DNA of 64,000 nt from an uncultured Acidimicrobiaceae bacterium (lineage in GTDB: Bacteria > Actinomycetota > Acidimicrobiia > Acidimicrobiales > RAAP-2), in NCBI GenBank assembly GCA_963744935.1, contig CAVUVM010000001.1, forward strand, positions 62,822 to 126,821. The letters run 5' to 3'. Within the stretch, counting starts at the first letter, position 1; each line of letters opens with the position of its first letter. Below are positions 27,571 through 37,282 of this stretch, piece after piece. Made by a program: the position numbers and the translations under genes. Below the pieces are notes generated by a model that had not been told where the DNA came from, searched no databases, and worked only from the letters and a program-made list of their open reading frames with translations.

Positions 27571-29199
27571 TCAGCCGCGCCGCGGGGGGCCACCGCGGCC
27601 CAGCCGGGCCCGCACGTCCTTGCCGAGGTCCAACACGGTGACGGCCGAGAGCGGCAACAGCTCGGGCAGCGTCACCGTGAGCAACCCATCCTCGCTCGAC
27701 CACTCGAGCTGGACGTCGGGCGATCCCACCAGTCGGACCCGCTGGATCCGCCAGGCGTCGATGGACCGCAGCGTCAGGCGCCGCCCCTGCGGCATCCCCA
27801 TCACGAGCGCGTAGACGCCCCCGCCGCTCTGCGTGAAGCGAAGCGGCGTCCCCTCGACCGTCTGCGACTCCGTGATCACCCACGGCCTCGAGCCGTAGAT
27901 GGCCTCGCCGTTGGCCGCCAGCCACGACCCCAACCGTCGTAACGGTGCCATCTGCGTGTCGGGAACGGTCCCGTCGGGACGCGGCCCGATCCCGATGAGC
28001 AGGTTCCCGTTTTTCGACACGATGTCGCAGAACATCTGAATGAGCTCGGTCTCACCGATGATGTCCTCGGCCTGTTCGTCGCGGTTCGCCCCGAAGGAGT
28101 GCCCGACGCCGCGCGCCATCTCCCACTTCTGCTGGGACACGGTCTGCAAGACGTCGTATTCGGGCGTCCGGAAGTCGTAATGCTTCGGCGTGGCAAAGGT
28201 CAGGTGCTTGCGTTTCTGGGGGATGATCGGCCACAGCCCTTGCACCAGTGCGCCCGCGACACGCACCACGCCGTCCATCGCCTTGTTGCGCGGGCCGGAC
28301 TCTCGCCAGCGGTCGTTGACGACCCCCTCCTCGACCGCGTTGTAGTAGTACGCGAAGAGCTCGGCCAACCTCCCGTCGAGCGGCCAGCCGATGTCGTTCC
28401 AGAGCACCGACGGTTGGTAGCGGTCGATCAGCTCGCGCACGTGCGCGGTGACGTACTGCACATAGCCCTGGCCGTAGGGCACGGCGAGGACCGCGTCGGC
28501 GGCGGTGCGCAACACTGCGTTGTTGTAGGGCCAGTCGTAGCCGCCCGAGTAGTAGAGCCCCATGCGCATGCGACGGGCCCGGACTGCCTCGGCCAGGTCA
28601 CCGACGAGGTCACGCGATGCGTGATAGCGGCCTTTGGTGGGGTGGGCGAGGCCCGAGGGCCACAGCGCGAAGCCGTCGTGGTGCTTGGTCGTGAGGACCA
28701 CGTAGCGCGCGCCGGCAGACCGGCAGGCGTCGGCCATGGCGTCGAGGTTCGCTCCCGCCGACGCGTCGTTGAACGTCTTGACGAAGTTGTCATAGGGATA
28801 GTCGTCGCCGTAGACACGGGCGTGGTGCAGCTGGGTGGGACTGCCCTTGATCTGCAGCGAGTTCAGGTACCACTCGGCGTAGGGGTTCTCCCGCAGCATC
28901 CGCTTGGGTCCGTCCTTGACGAGCAGGTGCTGGATGTCGGGCACCCGCGGCGCCCAGCCCGGCACCGAGTAGAGGCCCCAGTGGAGGAAGACGCCCAACT
29001 TGGCGTCGTCGTACCAGTCGGGCACCGTGTGTGTGCCGACCGATTCCCACGTCCCCTCATACACGGCGGTTGGGTCCTCGCATGTCTCTGTCCCGGCCAG
29101 GCAACGTCCCGCCGGCAATGTAGCCAGCTCCTGAAACGCGCATCGCACCGCAGAGACGCCCTCGCCAAGGCCGGCGCCCCTGACATTCTCTCGGAGCAC
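27571..29199 (-). CDS. Alpha-L-fucosidase (GH29)
   Basis: GVFLHWGLYSVPGW, TKHHDGFALWPS and YYSGGYDW motifs. Confidence 0.85.
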   Translation of the reverse strand: MLRENVRGAGLGEGVSAVRCAFQELATLPAGRCLAGTETCEDPTAVYEGTWESVGTHTVPDWYDDAKLGVFLHWGLYSVPGWAPRVPDIQHLLVKDGPKRMLRENPYAEWYLNSLQIKGSPTQLHHARVYGDDYPYDNFVKTFNDASAGANLDAMADACRSAGARYVVLTTKHHDGFALWPSGLAHPTKGRYHASRDLVGDLAEAVRARRMRMGLYYSGGYDWPYNNAVLRTAADAVLAVPYGQGYVQYVTAHVRELIDRYQPSVLWNDIGWPLDGRLAELFAYYYNAVEEGVVNDRWRESGPRNKAMDGVVRVAGALVQGLWPIIPQKRKHLTFATPKHYDFRTPEYDVLQTVSQQKWEMARGVGHSFGANRDEQAEDIIGETELIQMFCDIVSKNGNLLIGIGPRPDGTVPDTQMAPLRRLGSWLAANGEAIYGSRPWVITESQTVEGTPLRFTQSGGGVYALVMGMPQGRRLTLRSIDAWRIQRVRLVGSPDVQLEWSSEDGLLTVTLPELLPLSAVTVLDLGKDVRARLGRGGPPRRG

Positions 29200-29356
29200 A
29201 CCCCGTGCGCCTTGACACCGCTCGCCTCACTGCGACCGCCCCGCCACCGACCTGGTGGCGCCGCACGAGCACGGGCCCAGGGGCCTACGCACCGGGGCCA
29301 GGTGCTTCATGAACCCATGAGGCTGTGTCCTGCGCTCCTCGCGCTGAGCGACGGCG

Positions 29357-30583
29357 TCAGCCTGCGGCAAGGGCCGGCCCACTGACGCCGCCGGTCCCGT
29401 CACCCGGCGCGCCGTAACGCAAGCGGAAGGCGAAGTAGGCGAAGGGGCCCACGAGGATTGGCAGCCAGTACGAGATTATGCGATAGGCAAGCGTCGCCAG
29501 CACGGCGGCGCCACTGGGCACGCCGGCCAGGATCAACAGCGCGCTCAGCCCGGCCTCGACGATGCCCAACCCACCGGGCGTAATAGGGATGAGCGCGAGG
29601 AGGCCGGCCACCGCGTAGGCCAGCAGGACGAGAGACGGATTGGGTTTCACCCCGGTGGCCCGGATCGTCGCCAGCAGCGTCCCGTAGTCGAAGGCGAGCC
29701 GTCCACTGCTCAGCAGCAAGGCCGCTTTCCATTGCTTGCCCAGGACCTCGCGAATCCGGTTCCGCTCGTAGACGAGGCGATCCGACAGCCCGGTGATGGG
29801 TGCCCGCTTGCGCAGCAGCCGGTTGTGCGCCGACTGCACGATCCGCCCGGCCCAACGAAGCGGTCCGTCCAGCACCAGGACCGCGGCCCCGAAGCCGGCG
29901 AAGAGGATGAAGGCGACGATGCCGAGGAGGGCCGCATGTTGGAGGCCGCTGGCGATCGGAGTCCCGGCCAAAATGGCGGGCAGGACGAAGATGGGCAGGG
30001 CGAGCAGCCCGCCGATGCCGAGCAACGAGAACGCGGTCAGTCCGGCCACCGCCGTGCCCGAGTCGTTGCCCGACGCGGCGAGCATCCGGAACTGTGTCGC
30101 CGCACCGAACGCCGCGCCCCCGGGCACGATCAGGCTGATGGCGTTGCCCGCCAGCTGCGACGTTGCCACCGAGAACCAGGCCTTGGTCCGCAGGGCAATC
30201 CGCTGCAGGGCGATCGTGCAGGTGAAGTGCGCCACCTGGAGCACCACGGCGAACGCGAACCAGATGAAGTCGATATCGGTGAGCTTGGGGAATGAGGAGA
30301 AGACCTCGACCAGGCTGGGAAAGAGGAGGTAGATGGTGATGCCCGCCACCACCACCAAGACGCTCTTCTTGACGATGGAGCGCCATGGCAGCGGCGCCGC
30401 GACGTCCTGCTCGATGCGCGTCGCCATACGCTCCGACATGGCATCGCTCTCGCCGTCACGACTCTGGCGCTCGCCGCCGGCCGCGCGCTCGGGCGAGCCG
30501 GCGACCGGGCCCACCGAGCCGGCGACCGGGCCCGCCGCGCCGGTCCCCTGTTCAGCCCCTTCGGGCTCGTCCTGCGCCGTCAC
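29357..30583 (-). CDS. Flippase-like/lysylphosphatidylglycerol-synthase TM-region (UPF0104) membrane protein
   Basis: About 8 TM helices. Contains LAGNAISLIVPGGAAFGAATQFRML and PITPGGLGIVEAGL. Confidence 0.7.
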   Translation of the reverse strand: MTAQDEPEGAEQGTGAAGPVAGSVGPVAGSPERAAGGERQSRDGESDAMSERMATRIEQDVAAPLPWRSIVKKSVLVVVAGITIYLLFPSLVEVFSSFPKLTDIDFIWFAFAVVLQVAHFTCTIALQRIALRTKAWFSVATSQLAGNAISLIVPGGAAFGAATQFRMLAASGNDSGTAVAGLTAFSLLGIGGLLALPIFVLPAILAGTPIASGLQHAALLGIVAFILFAGFGAAVLVLDGPLRWAGRIVQSAHNRLLRKRAPITGLSDRLVYERNRIREVLGKQWKAALLLSSGRLAFDYGTLLATIRATGVKPNPSLVLLAYAVAGLLALIPITPGGLGIVEAGLSALLILAGVPSGAAVLATLAYRIISYWLPILVGPFAYFAFRLRYGAPGDGTGGVSGPALAAG

Positions 30584-30628
30584 CGCGTCGCCATCAATGT
30601 CGCCATCAATGACAGACGCAGGCTCCGT

Positions 30629-31030
30629 CTAGCTGGCCAAGACCTTGGCTTTTTCGGCCTCGAACTCGGCGTCGGTCAGCACGCCCTGATTCTTGAGGTC
30701 GGCCAGTTTGGAGAGCTGGGAGGCGGTGTCGGCACCCGGCGTTCCCGCCGCCTGCCGGACGTACTCGTCGAAGGCCTTCTGTTGCAGCTGCGCCTGGTGG
30801 ATGCGCCGCTCGTGCATCGACCCGCCGCGTGCGATCAGGTACACGAGCACCCCGAGGAAGGGGAAGATGACGATGAAGATCACCCATAGCGCCTTGGCCC
30901 AGCCTCCCATGTCGTGGCTGCCGAAGATGTCGAAGAACACCATGATCGCAAGCCAGATCCAGATGAAGAACAAGAAGAAGTACAGGATCGTCAAAAAGGC
31001 GTCGAGCACCGGGTAGCTAGTTCCAAGCAT
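30629..31030 (-). CDS. PLDc_N + SHOCT domain protein (paralog of 18627-19031)
   Basis: Collinear with the 18.6-kb copy along its full length; by eye about 80% nt identity. Confidence 0.85.
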   Translation of the reverse strand: MLGTSYPVLDAFLTILYFFLFFIWIWLAIMVFFDIFGSHDMGGWAKALWVIFIVIFPFLGVLVYLIARGGSMHERRIHQAQLQQKAFDEYVRQAAGTPGADTASQLSKLADLKNQGVLTDAEFEAEKAKVLAS

Positions 31031-31244
31031 GAATCTGGCTCCTTGTCGTCATGGTCGGCGAGAACCCCCGACACGCAATTTCTACCCCGATTACCTGGTC
31101 GGATGCTGGAATAGCCCTACCCGGCAACCCAGGGGCGCACCTGAACCCGCGGATCACGAGCTCGGCCGGAACACACGACGTCGCCTCGATTCCCTCGAGC
31201 CGCCGGCCCGACGCCGGTGGGCTCGCTCAGTGCGGTGTGCTGGT

Positions 31245-32132
31245 TCAGTACTGCCAGGGGTAGGGCGACCAGTCGGCCGGCCGCTTCTCCAAGAAGGCGT
31301 CGCGCCCCTCGGCCGCCTCGGGCGACGCGTAGGCGAGGCGGGTCGCTTCCCCCGCGAAGAGCTGCTGGCCCACGAGCCCGTCATCGATCAGGTTGAAGGC
31401 GTACTTGAGCATCCGGATGGCCGTCGGGCTCTTCTGGTTGATCGTGGCACCCCACTCCAGGGCGAGGCGCTCGAGCTCGACGTGCGGCACGACCCGGTTG
31501 ACCGCGCCCATGTGGTAGGCCTCGGCCGCCGTGTAGGCCTCCGCCAGGAAGAAAACCTCGCGGGCGCGCTTCTGGCCGACCTGCCGGGCCAGATAGGCCG
31601 AGCCGAACCCCCCGTCGAAGCTGGCCACGTCGGCGTCGGTCTGCTTGAAACGAGCGTGTTCCTCGCTCGCCAGCGTGAGATCGCACACGACGTGGAGGCT
31701 GTGACCGCCGCCGGCGGCCCACCCCGGCACCACGGCGATCACCACCTTGGGCATGAAGCGGATGAGGCGCTGCACCTCGAGGATGTGCAACCGCCCGACC
31801 TTGGGCCCGTCGTCGCCCGCGCCGTCGTACTGGTAGCCGTCGGCGCCGCGGATCCGCTGGTCCCCACCCGAGCAGAAGGCCCAGACGCCGTCGCGGGGCG
31901 ACGGGCCGTTCCCTGTCAGGAGGACACAGCCCACGTCGGCCGACTGGTACGCGTGCTCGAACGCGACGATCAGCTCGTCGACCGTGTGAGGCCGGAAGGC
32001 GTTCCGGACCTCCGGGCGGTCGAAGGCGATGCGGACGGTGCCGTGCGCCTTGGCCCGGTGGTAGGTGATGTCGGTGAACTCGAAGCCCGGCACCTCGGTC
32101 CACGCCGCATCGTCGAAGAGCTCTGAGACCAC
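31245..32132 (-). CDS. menB: 1,4-dihydroxy-2-naphthoyl-CoA synthase
   Basis: Crotonase fold with MenB-specific stretches: RIAFDRPEVRNAF, FCSGGDQRIRG, and a C-terminal WSPYPW. Confidence 0.9.
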   Translation of the reverse strand: MVSELFDDAAWTEVPGFEFTDITYHRAKAHGTVRIAFDRPEVRNAFRPHTVDELIVAFEHAYQSADVGCVLLTGNGPSPRDGVWAFCSGGDQRIRGADGYQYDGAGDDGPKVGRLHILEVQRLIRFMPKVVIAVVPGWAAGGGHSLHVVCDLTLASEEHARFKQTDADVASFDGGFGSAYLARQVGQKRAREVFFLAEAYTAAEAYHMGAVNRVVPHVELERLALEWGATINQKSPTAIRMLKYAFNLIDDGLVGQQLFAGEATRLAYASPEAAEGRDAFLEKRPADWSPYPWQY

Positions 32133-32468
32133 GGCGAGAGCATAGGAGGACCCTGCACATCTGGTCGGCGGCCAGGACGGCAGGCGATCTCGATGGTGGT
32201 CCGGCGGCTGCGGTCCGGCCCCGGGAACGAGCGGAGTTCAGCGCGTCGGGGCCAACGAAGACCGAACCAGAACGCGAACCAAGACCGAGCCAAAAGCCGG
32301 AACCGAATCGAACCGAAAACGTGACTACGACCGAACGAAAACGGAACGCGCAAACGCGGCGCAAACCGTTGTGCGCGAGGTGACATGCAACCGGATCGCA
32401 ACCCCGCCTCCAACCGCGATTGGCCGAGATGAAACGTACGTGATCGAGCATGGAGAGGGAGCGGATCG

Positions 32469-35123
32469 GTGCCGGAGCAACGCATCTTGCGCAACGCCAG
32501 TGGGATGAAGTGGCACCGTCGGTCTTCGCGAGTGGCGGGCGCTGACGCGTCGACGTCGTCGACGTCGGCGGGAGACACACCCGCTGACGCGTCGTGCGGC
32601 CTGCCGGCGGGCGCATCGAACTTGCCGCCCGGTGCCGGCGACACGGACACCTTCAACTCGGTCACTGAAGCCTTCTTGCATCTCCCTGACGCCCTCGTGA
32701 TGGTCGACACGCAGGGCACCATCGTGTGGGGGAACCGGTCCGCCGAGCGGACCTTCGGGCGGTCCTTCGATGAATGGGTCGGCCGATCGGGCCTCGACCT
32801 CGTGCATCCAGACGACCAGGAGCTGGTGCTGCGCTCTTTGGTCAGCATCCAGGGCAAGGACATCGGCTCGCCGATTGAGCTGCGGATCAACGCGGCGAAC
32901 GGCTGGCGCCTGGTCGAAGTCGTGGGCACCACGGTCCACTGGTTCGGCCAGCGCGTGATCCTGCTCTCGCTGCGCGACCTGACCGAGCGCCGCCGTTACG
33001 AGCTGGCCTCCGGCCACGAGGCGCGCTTCCGCTCCCTCGTACACAACGCGGGCTCCATCATCATGTTGGTCTCCTCCGTCGGCACGCTCGAGTCGGTGTC
33101 GGGTGCGATCACCCGGCTGCTCGGCCACGACCCCGAGCAGCTCGAGCAGCGCCCTCTGCTCGACATCGTGGATCCGGCCGACCGCACCAAGCTCGCCGGC
33201 GCGCTCACGGCGGCCTCCCACGGCGCCTCCTCGGCCCACCCGGCGTCGGTGCGCGTTGGGCTGTTGCGCCACGACGGGAGCGAGGTCGTGCCCTTCGAGA
33301 TGAGCATCGTTGACCTGCTCGACGATCCGACGGTCGAAGGCTTCGTCATCTCGGCGCACGACGCCTCCGTGCAGGCGCGGACCGAGCACGAGCTCGGCCA
33401 GGCCCTGTCGCTCTTGACGGCCACCCTCGATTCGACCGCCGACGGCCTTCTCGTCATCGACAACAACGGACTGATCACCACGTTCAACGGCCGCTTCTCC
33501 GAAACCTGGCATATCCCAGAGCAAGACTGGAAGCCTGGGGACGAGGCGACGAAGCTCGCCTTCGTCCTCGACCAGCTCGTCAACCCCGAGGGGTTCCTCG
33601 CTACGTGGCGCGAGCTCAACGAGAACCCCGACCTGGAGACCTTCAACAGCCTCGAGTTCAAGGACGGGCGCGTCGTCGAGCTCTACTCCAAGGCGCAGCG
33701 CATCGACGGCGAGATCGTGGGCCGGGTCTGGAGCTTCCGCGACACGACCGACCGCACCCGCCTCGAAGACGAGCTCGAGTACCGGGCCTTCCACGACCCG
33801 CTGACCGGGCTGGCCAACAAGGCGCTGTTCCAGGACCGCTTGGAGCACGCGCTGGCTCGGGCCGAGCAGACGAACTCACACCTGGCGGTCCTCTTCATCG
33901 ACCTCGACGACTTCAAGACGGTCAACGACAGCCTGGGCCACAGCGAGGGCGACCTGTTGCTCAAGCGCGTGGCGACGACGCTGGTCGAGTGCCTGCGGCC
34001 CTTGGACACGGCGGCCCGGATGGGCGGCGACGAGTTCGCCATCCTCATCGAAGACGTGCAGTCGCGCGACGACATCACCGAGCTGGCCGAACGCATCCTC
34101 GAATCGCTGCGGCCCCTGGTGCTGCTGGGGTCCAAAGCGGTGAGCTCAGCCGGCAGCGTCGGCATCGCCTTTGACGTCGAGGGCATCACCAGCGACCATC
34201 TGCTGCGCAACGCGGACATCGCGATGTACAAGGCCAAGGAGGCGGGCAAGAACCGCTACGAGGTCTACCGCGACGAGATGCACGCGCTGGTCTTGGCTCG
34301 CGTCGAATTGGAAGACGAGCTGCGGGCGGCAATCCTTGGCGGGAACCTGATCACCCACTACCAGCCGATCTTCGACCTGCGGACGAGCGCCCTGGTCGGG
34401 TTCGAAGCGCTGGTGCGGTGGTCGCATCCACGGGGCGGGTTGGTGGACCCGCGCCTGTTCGTCTCCATCGCGGAGGAGATGGGCCTGGTGGGCGAGATCG
34501 ACATATTCGTGTTGCGCTCGGCCTGCCGCCAGGCGCACGACTGGCGCGCCGAAGGGCTCGGCGGTCCGGGCTTCGCCATGAGCGTCAACGTGTCGGCGGG
34601 CCGGCTGGTCGACCCGGAGTTGGCCGACCGGATCGCCGACGATGTTGAGGAGTCCGGATTCGACCCCTCGTCGCTGATGCTCGAGATCACCGAGAGCGAG
34701 ATTCTCACCGAGAGCGAGGTGATCGTGCGCAACCTGGCGACGCTGCGAGGGTTGGGCATCCGCATCGCGCTGGACGACTTCGGCACGGGGTTCTCGTCCT
34801 TGGCCCATCTCGACCGGCTGCAGGTCGACATCGTCAAGATCGACAAGTCCTTCGTGCAGGCGCTCGGGACGAAGGACGACACGCGGAGCATGGCGGCGGC
34901 CATGATCCAGCTGGCGCGGACGTTGGGGTACGACACCATCGCCGAGGGCGTGGAGAAGCGGTCCCAGGAGGCGAGCCTGCGCGCGTTGGGATGTCGGCTG
35001 GCGCAGGGGTACCAGCTCGGGCGGCCGGCGGACGCGGAGCAGACTCGTTTGCTGCTCGTGACCGATGACCGGCGGGAGCAGCTGGCCGAGCACTTGGGGC
35101 ACCCACAGCAGCCGGGAGGCTGA
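32469..35123 (+). CDS. PAS-PAS-PAS-GGDEF-EAL signalling protein (c-di-GMP turnover)
   Basis: GTG after GGAGAGGGAG. GGDEF site RMGGDEFAIL and EAL site FEALVRW with DDFGTG. Confidence 0.9.
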   Translation: MPEQRILRNASGMKWHRRSSRVAGADASTSSTSAGDTPADASCGLPAGASNLPPGAGDTDTFNSVTEAFLHLPDALVMVDTQGTIVWGNRSAERTFGRSFDEWVGRSGLDLVHPDDQELVLRSLVSIQGKDIGSPIELRINAANGWRLVEVVGTTVHWFGQRVILLSLRDLTERRRYELASGHEARFRSLVHNAGSIIMLVSSVGTLESVSGAITRLLGHDPEQLEQRPLLDIVDPADRTKLAGALTAASHGASSAHPASVRVGLLRHDGSEVVPFEMSIVDLLDDPTVEGFVISAHDASVQARTEHELGQALSLLTATLDSTADGLLVIDNNGLITTFNGRFSETWHIPEQDWKPGDEATKLAFVLDQLVNPEGFLATWRELNENPDLETFNSLEFKDGRVVELYSKAQRIDGEIVGRVWSFRDTTDRTRLEDELEYRAFHDPLTGLANKALFQDRLEHALARAEQTNSHLAVLFIDLDDFKTVNDSLGHSEGDLLLKRVATTLVECLRPLDTAARMGGDEFAILIEDVQSRDDITELAERILESLRPLVLLGSKAVSSAGSVGIAFDVEGITSDHLLRNADIAMYKAKEAGKNRYEVYRDEMHALVLARVELEDELRAAILGGNLITHYQPIFDLRTSALVGFEALVRWSHPRGGLVDPRLFVSIAEEMGLVGEIDIFVLRSACRQAHDWRAEGLGGPGFAMSVNVSAGRLVDPELADRIADDVEESGFDPSSLMLEITESEILTESEVIVRNLATLRGLGIRIALDDFGTGFSSLAHLDRLQVDIVKIDKSFVQALGTKDDTRSMAAAMIQLARTLGYDTIAEGVEKRSQEASLRALGCRLAQGYQLGRPADAEQTRLLLVTDDRREQLAEHLGHPQQPGG

Positions 35124-35148
35124 CGAGAGCAGCCGGGAGGCTGACGAG
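35107..35148. repeat. Perfect 21-bp tandem duplication (AGCAGCCGGGAGGCTGACGAG x2) spanning the GGDEF-EAL stop codon
   Basis: Units at 35107-35127 and 35128-35148, read directly. Confidence 0.85.
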
Positions 35149-35215
35149 GACATTCACGACGCACCGCACGGCCGGACACCGCGCACCGAGCACCACCCTG
35201 ACGGGCCCTTTCGCA

Positions 35216-35320
35216 TGTATATGCAGCCTTCGTTAATTGGGTGGGGTTACGGAAGGATATCTGCGTATCCTTCGTTAACTCGACGTCGATCCTTCGTGAA
35301 TCGAGGTGGGTTCGGAGGGC
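35216..35320 (-). repeat. AT-rich repeat element, copy B (inverted relative to copy A)
   Basis: The reverse complement aligns with 17621-17727 at about 80% identity, including all four decamer sites and the central hairpin. Confidence 0.8.
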
Positions 35321-35363
35321 CTTGGCAGACAGGCGATGCGGCAGCGCGGCTGTCTTGCCGAGA

Positions 35364-35417
35364 GAAGCTGCGTGGCCGAGTGAAGCTGCGTAGCCGAGTG
35401 AGGCTGTGTAGCCGAAG
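35364..35417. repeat. 18-bp tandem repeat x3 (GARGCTGYGTRGCCGAGT)
   Basis: Units at 35364, 35382 and 35400. Lies between repeat element B and the PhyH gene. Confidence 0.75.
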
Positions 35418-35501
35418 CCGCTCGACGGCGAATGCGCGTCGTTGCCCGGTGTTGCCCGAAGGCGTCACAATCGCGGCGTGCCGACTCGATCCCACGGACA
35501 T

Positions 35502-36317
35502 ATGACTGTGCGCTCCGACCCGGCGCCCGCCGCGGTGGAGAGCTTGCGGACAGAGGGATACGTGCAGCTCCACGGCGTCTTCGCCGGGGACGAGGTCGCA
35601 GCGCTGCGCGCCGACGTCGAGCGGGTCTTCGAGGAATACCCACCAGACGATCGCGGAGACTCGCCCGAAGACTCGTCTCCCTTTCGCTACGAGATGCTCA
35701 ATCGGAGCAGCCTCGTCCAGCAGGCGATCGCGCACCCGCGGATCCTCGAGGTCGTCGAATTCCTCCTGGGTGAGGATTGCCACGTGATCGCCAACACCGC
35801 GTGGTGGCAACACCCGGGCGACAATCGCCACCTCGGGCGCTACTGGCACATCGACGCCGGGCCGCACGTGCCACGTGATCCCGGCGTTCCGTGGGACCCA
35901 CGGATCCCCTATCCGATCTTCGCCATCGCCACCCACCTCTATCTCCAGGACTGCCCGATCGAGTCCGGCCCGACCGGTGTCATTCCGGGGAGCCATATGT
36001 CAGGACAGGCTCCCCCTTTCAAGAGGCTCGCCGACGACGACTTGGAGTGGGAAGGCCGCGGCACGGTGCCGATCGTGGCCGAGGCGGGTGACGTCGCCCT
36101 GTTCGCCTCGGACGTCTGGCACAGACGGTTGCCGCTCGGGCCTGATGATCCTGGTCGGATGTTCGTCCAGTGCCACTACGGACGACGCGATCTCGCCCAA
36201 CGAATTCGGCCGACATCAGAGGTGAACCACCTCTCGGCGGAGGCAGTGGCGCGGGCACGGACACCGAGGGAACAGACGCTCGTCGGGCTTCATCCATTGG
36301 GCTTCTACGACGGCTGA
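35502..36317 (+). CDS. Phytanoyl-CoA dioxygenase (PhyH) family Fe(II)/2OG oxygenase
   Basis: WHIDAG (HxD), GPTGVIPGSH, and a later H/R. ATG at 35502. Confidence 0.8.
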   Translation: MTVRSDPAPAAVESLRTEGYVQLHGVFAGDEVAALRADVERVFEEYPPDDRGDSPEDSSPFRYEMLNRSSLVQQAIAHPRILEVVEFLLGEDCHVIANTAWWQHPGDNRHLGRYWHIDAGPHVPRDPGVPWDPRIPYPIFAIATHLYLQDCPIESGPTGVIPGSHMSGQAPPFKRLADDDLEWEGRGTVPIVAEAGDVALFASDVWHRRLPLGPDDPGRMFVQCHYGRRDLAQRIRPTSEVNHLSAEAVARARTPREQTLVGLHPLGFYDG

Positions 36318-36376
36318 AACCGGCAGACACAGCCGGGTGCCCGTCGTACAGCGCTGTAGTGCGGCACCATGGGCGG

Positions 36377-37282
36377 ATGCAAAAACTGATTTTGGTCGCG
36401 GGCCTGTGGGTCTCGGCGGTCGTGATTGCGCTGGCCGCGCTCCCGCCGACGGCTCAGGCTGCGGTGCGCACGACGCACAGCCGCCAGCCGACCTATTACG
36501 TCTCGCTCGGTGACTCCTACTCGGTCGGCTACCAGCCCGGCCTCGGGTCGACGCCCGGCTACACGGTCTACGTGGCGCAGCACACCGGACTGACGCTGGT
36601 GAACTTCGGTTGCGGCGGGGCCACGACGTCGTCCATCCTCAACACGGTCGGGTGTCCCGACGTCCTCCCCCACACGGTCGGAGCTATGAGCTATCCGACG
36701 ACGACCCAAATCGCCGCCGCCGACGCGTTCATCACGGCGCACCGCGGCCACATTGGCCTCATCACCGTGTCCATCGGCGGCAACGACGTCACGGCGTGCG
36801 CGACACAGAGCAATCCGATCGCGTGCGTCGGGACGGCAGTGAAGAGCATCACTGCCAACGTCACGGCCCTGGCCGATGATCTGCGCGCCGCGGCCGGCCC
36901 GAACGTCCCGATCATCGGGTCGACCTATCCCGACGTGATCCTGGGCGCCTACGTCTACCCGAAGAACCCGGGGCCGCCCGCGGCGATCACCCTGGCCAAG
37001 GAGTCGGTCGTCGCGTTCAAGCTCCTCATCAATCCGGCGCTGTCCAAGGCCTACCAATCAGCACAGGGCTCGCTGGTCGACGTGACCAAGGCGACCGGCG
37101 CCTACGGCCCTCTGACCACCGCGGTGAAGACCAAGACCTACGGCACCATCCCCGTCCCGGTGGCGACGGTCTGCACGCTGACCTGGTTCTGCGCCAAGGG
37201 AGACATCCACTCCCGGACGCCGGGGTACAACCTGATCGGGAGGCTCTACGTCGCCCGCTACAAGCAGGTCACGAAGCACTGA
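36377..37282 (+). CDS. Secreted SGNH/GDSL hydrolase
   Basis: Signal peptide ending TAQA. GDSYSVG block I and GGND block III. Confidence 0.8.
   Translation: MQKLILVAGLWVSAVVIALAALPPTAQAAVRTTHSRQPTYYVSLGDSYSVGYQPGLGSTPGYTVYVAQHTGLTLVNFGCGGATTSSILNTVGCPDVLPHTVGAMSYPTTTQIAAADAFITAHRGHIGLITVSIGGNDVTACATQSNPIACVGTAVKSITANVTALADDLRAAAGPNVPIIGSTYPDVILGAYVYPKNPGPPAAITLAKESVVAFKLLINPALSKAYQSAQGSLVDVTKATGAYGPLTTAVKTKTYGTIPVPVATVCTLTWFCAKGDIHSRTPGYNLIGRLYVARYKQVTKH

Noticed and set aside
32285-32310. tRNA-like T-arm string GAATCGAACC.
   Set aside because: It is embedded in a low-complexity CGAACC tract. No acceptor or anticodon stems can be drawn, so it is not a tRNA.
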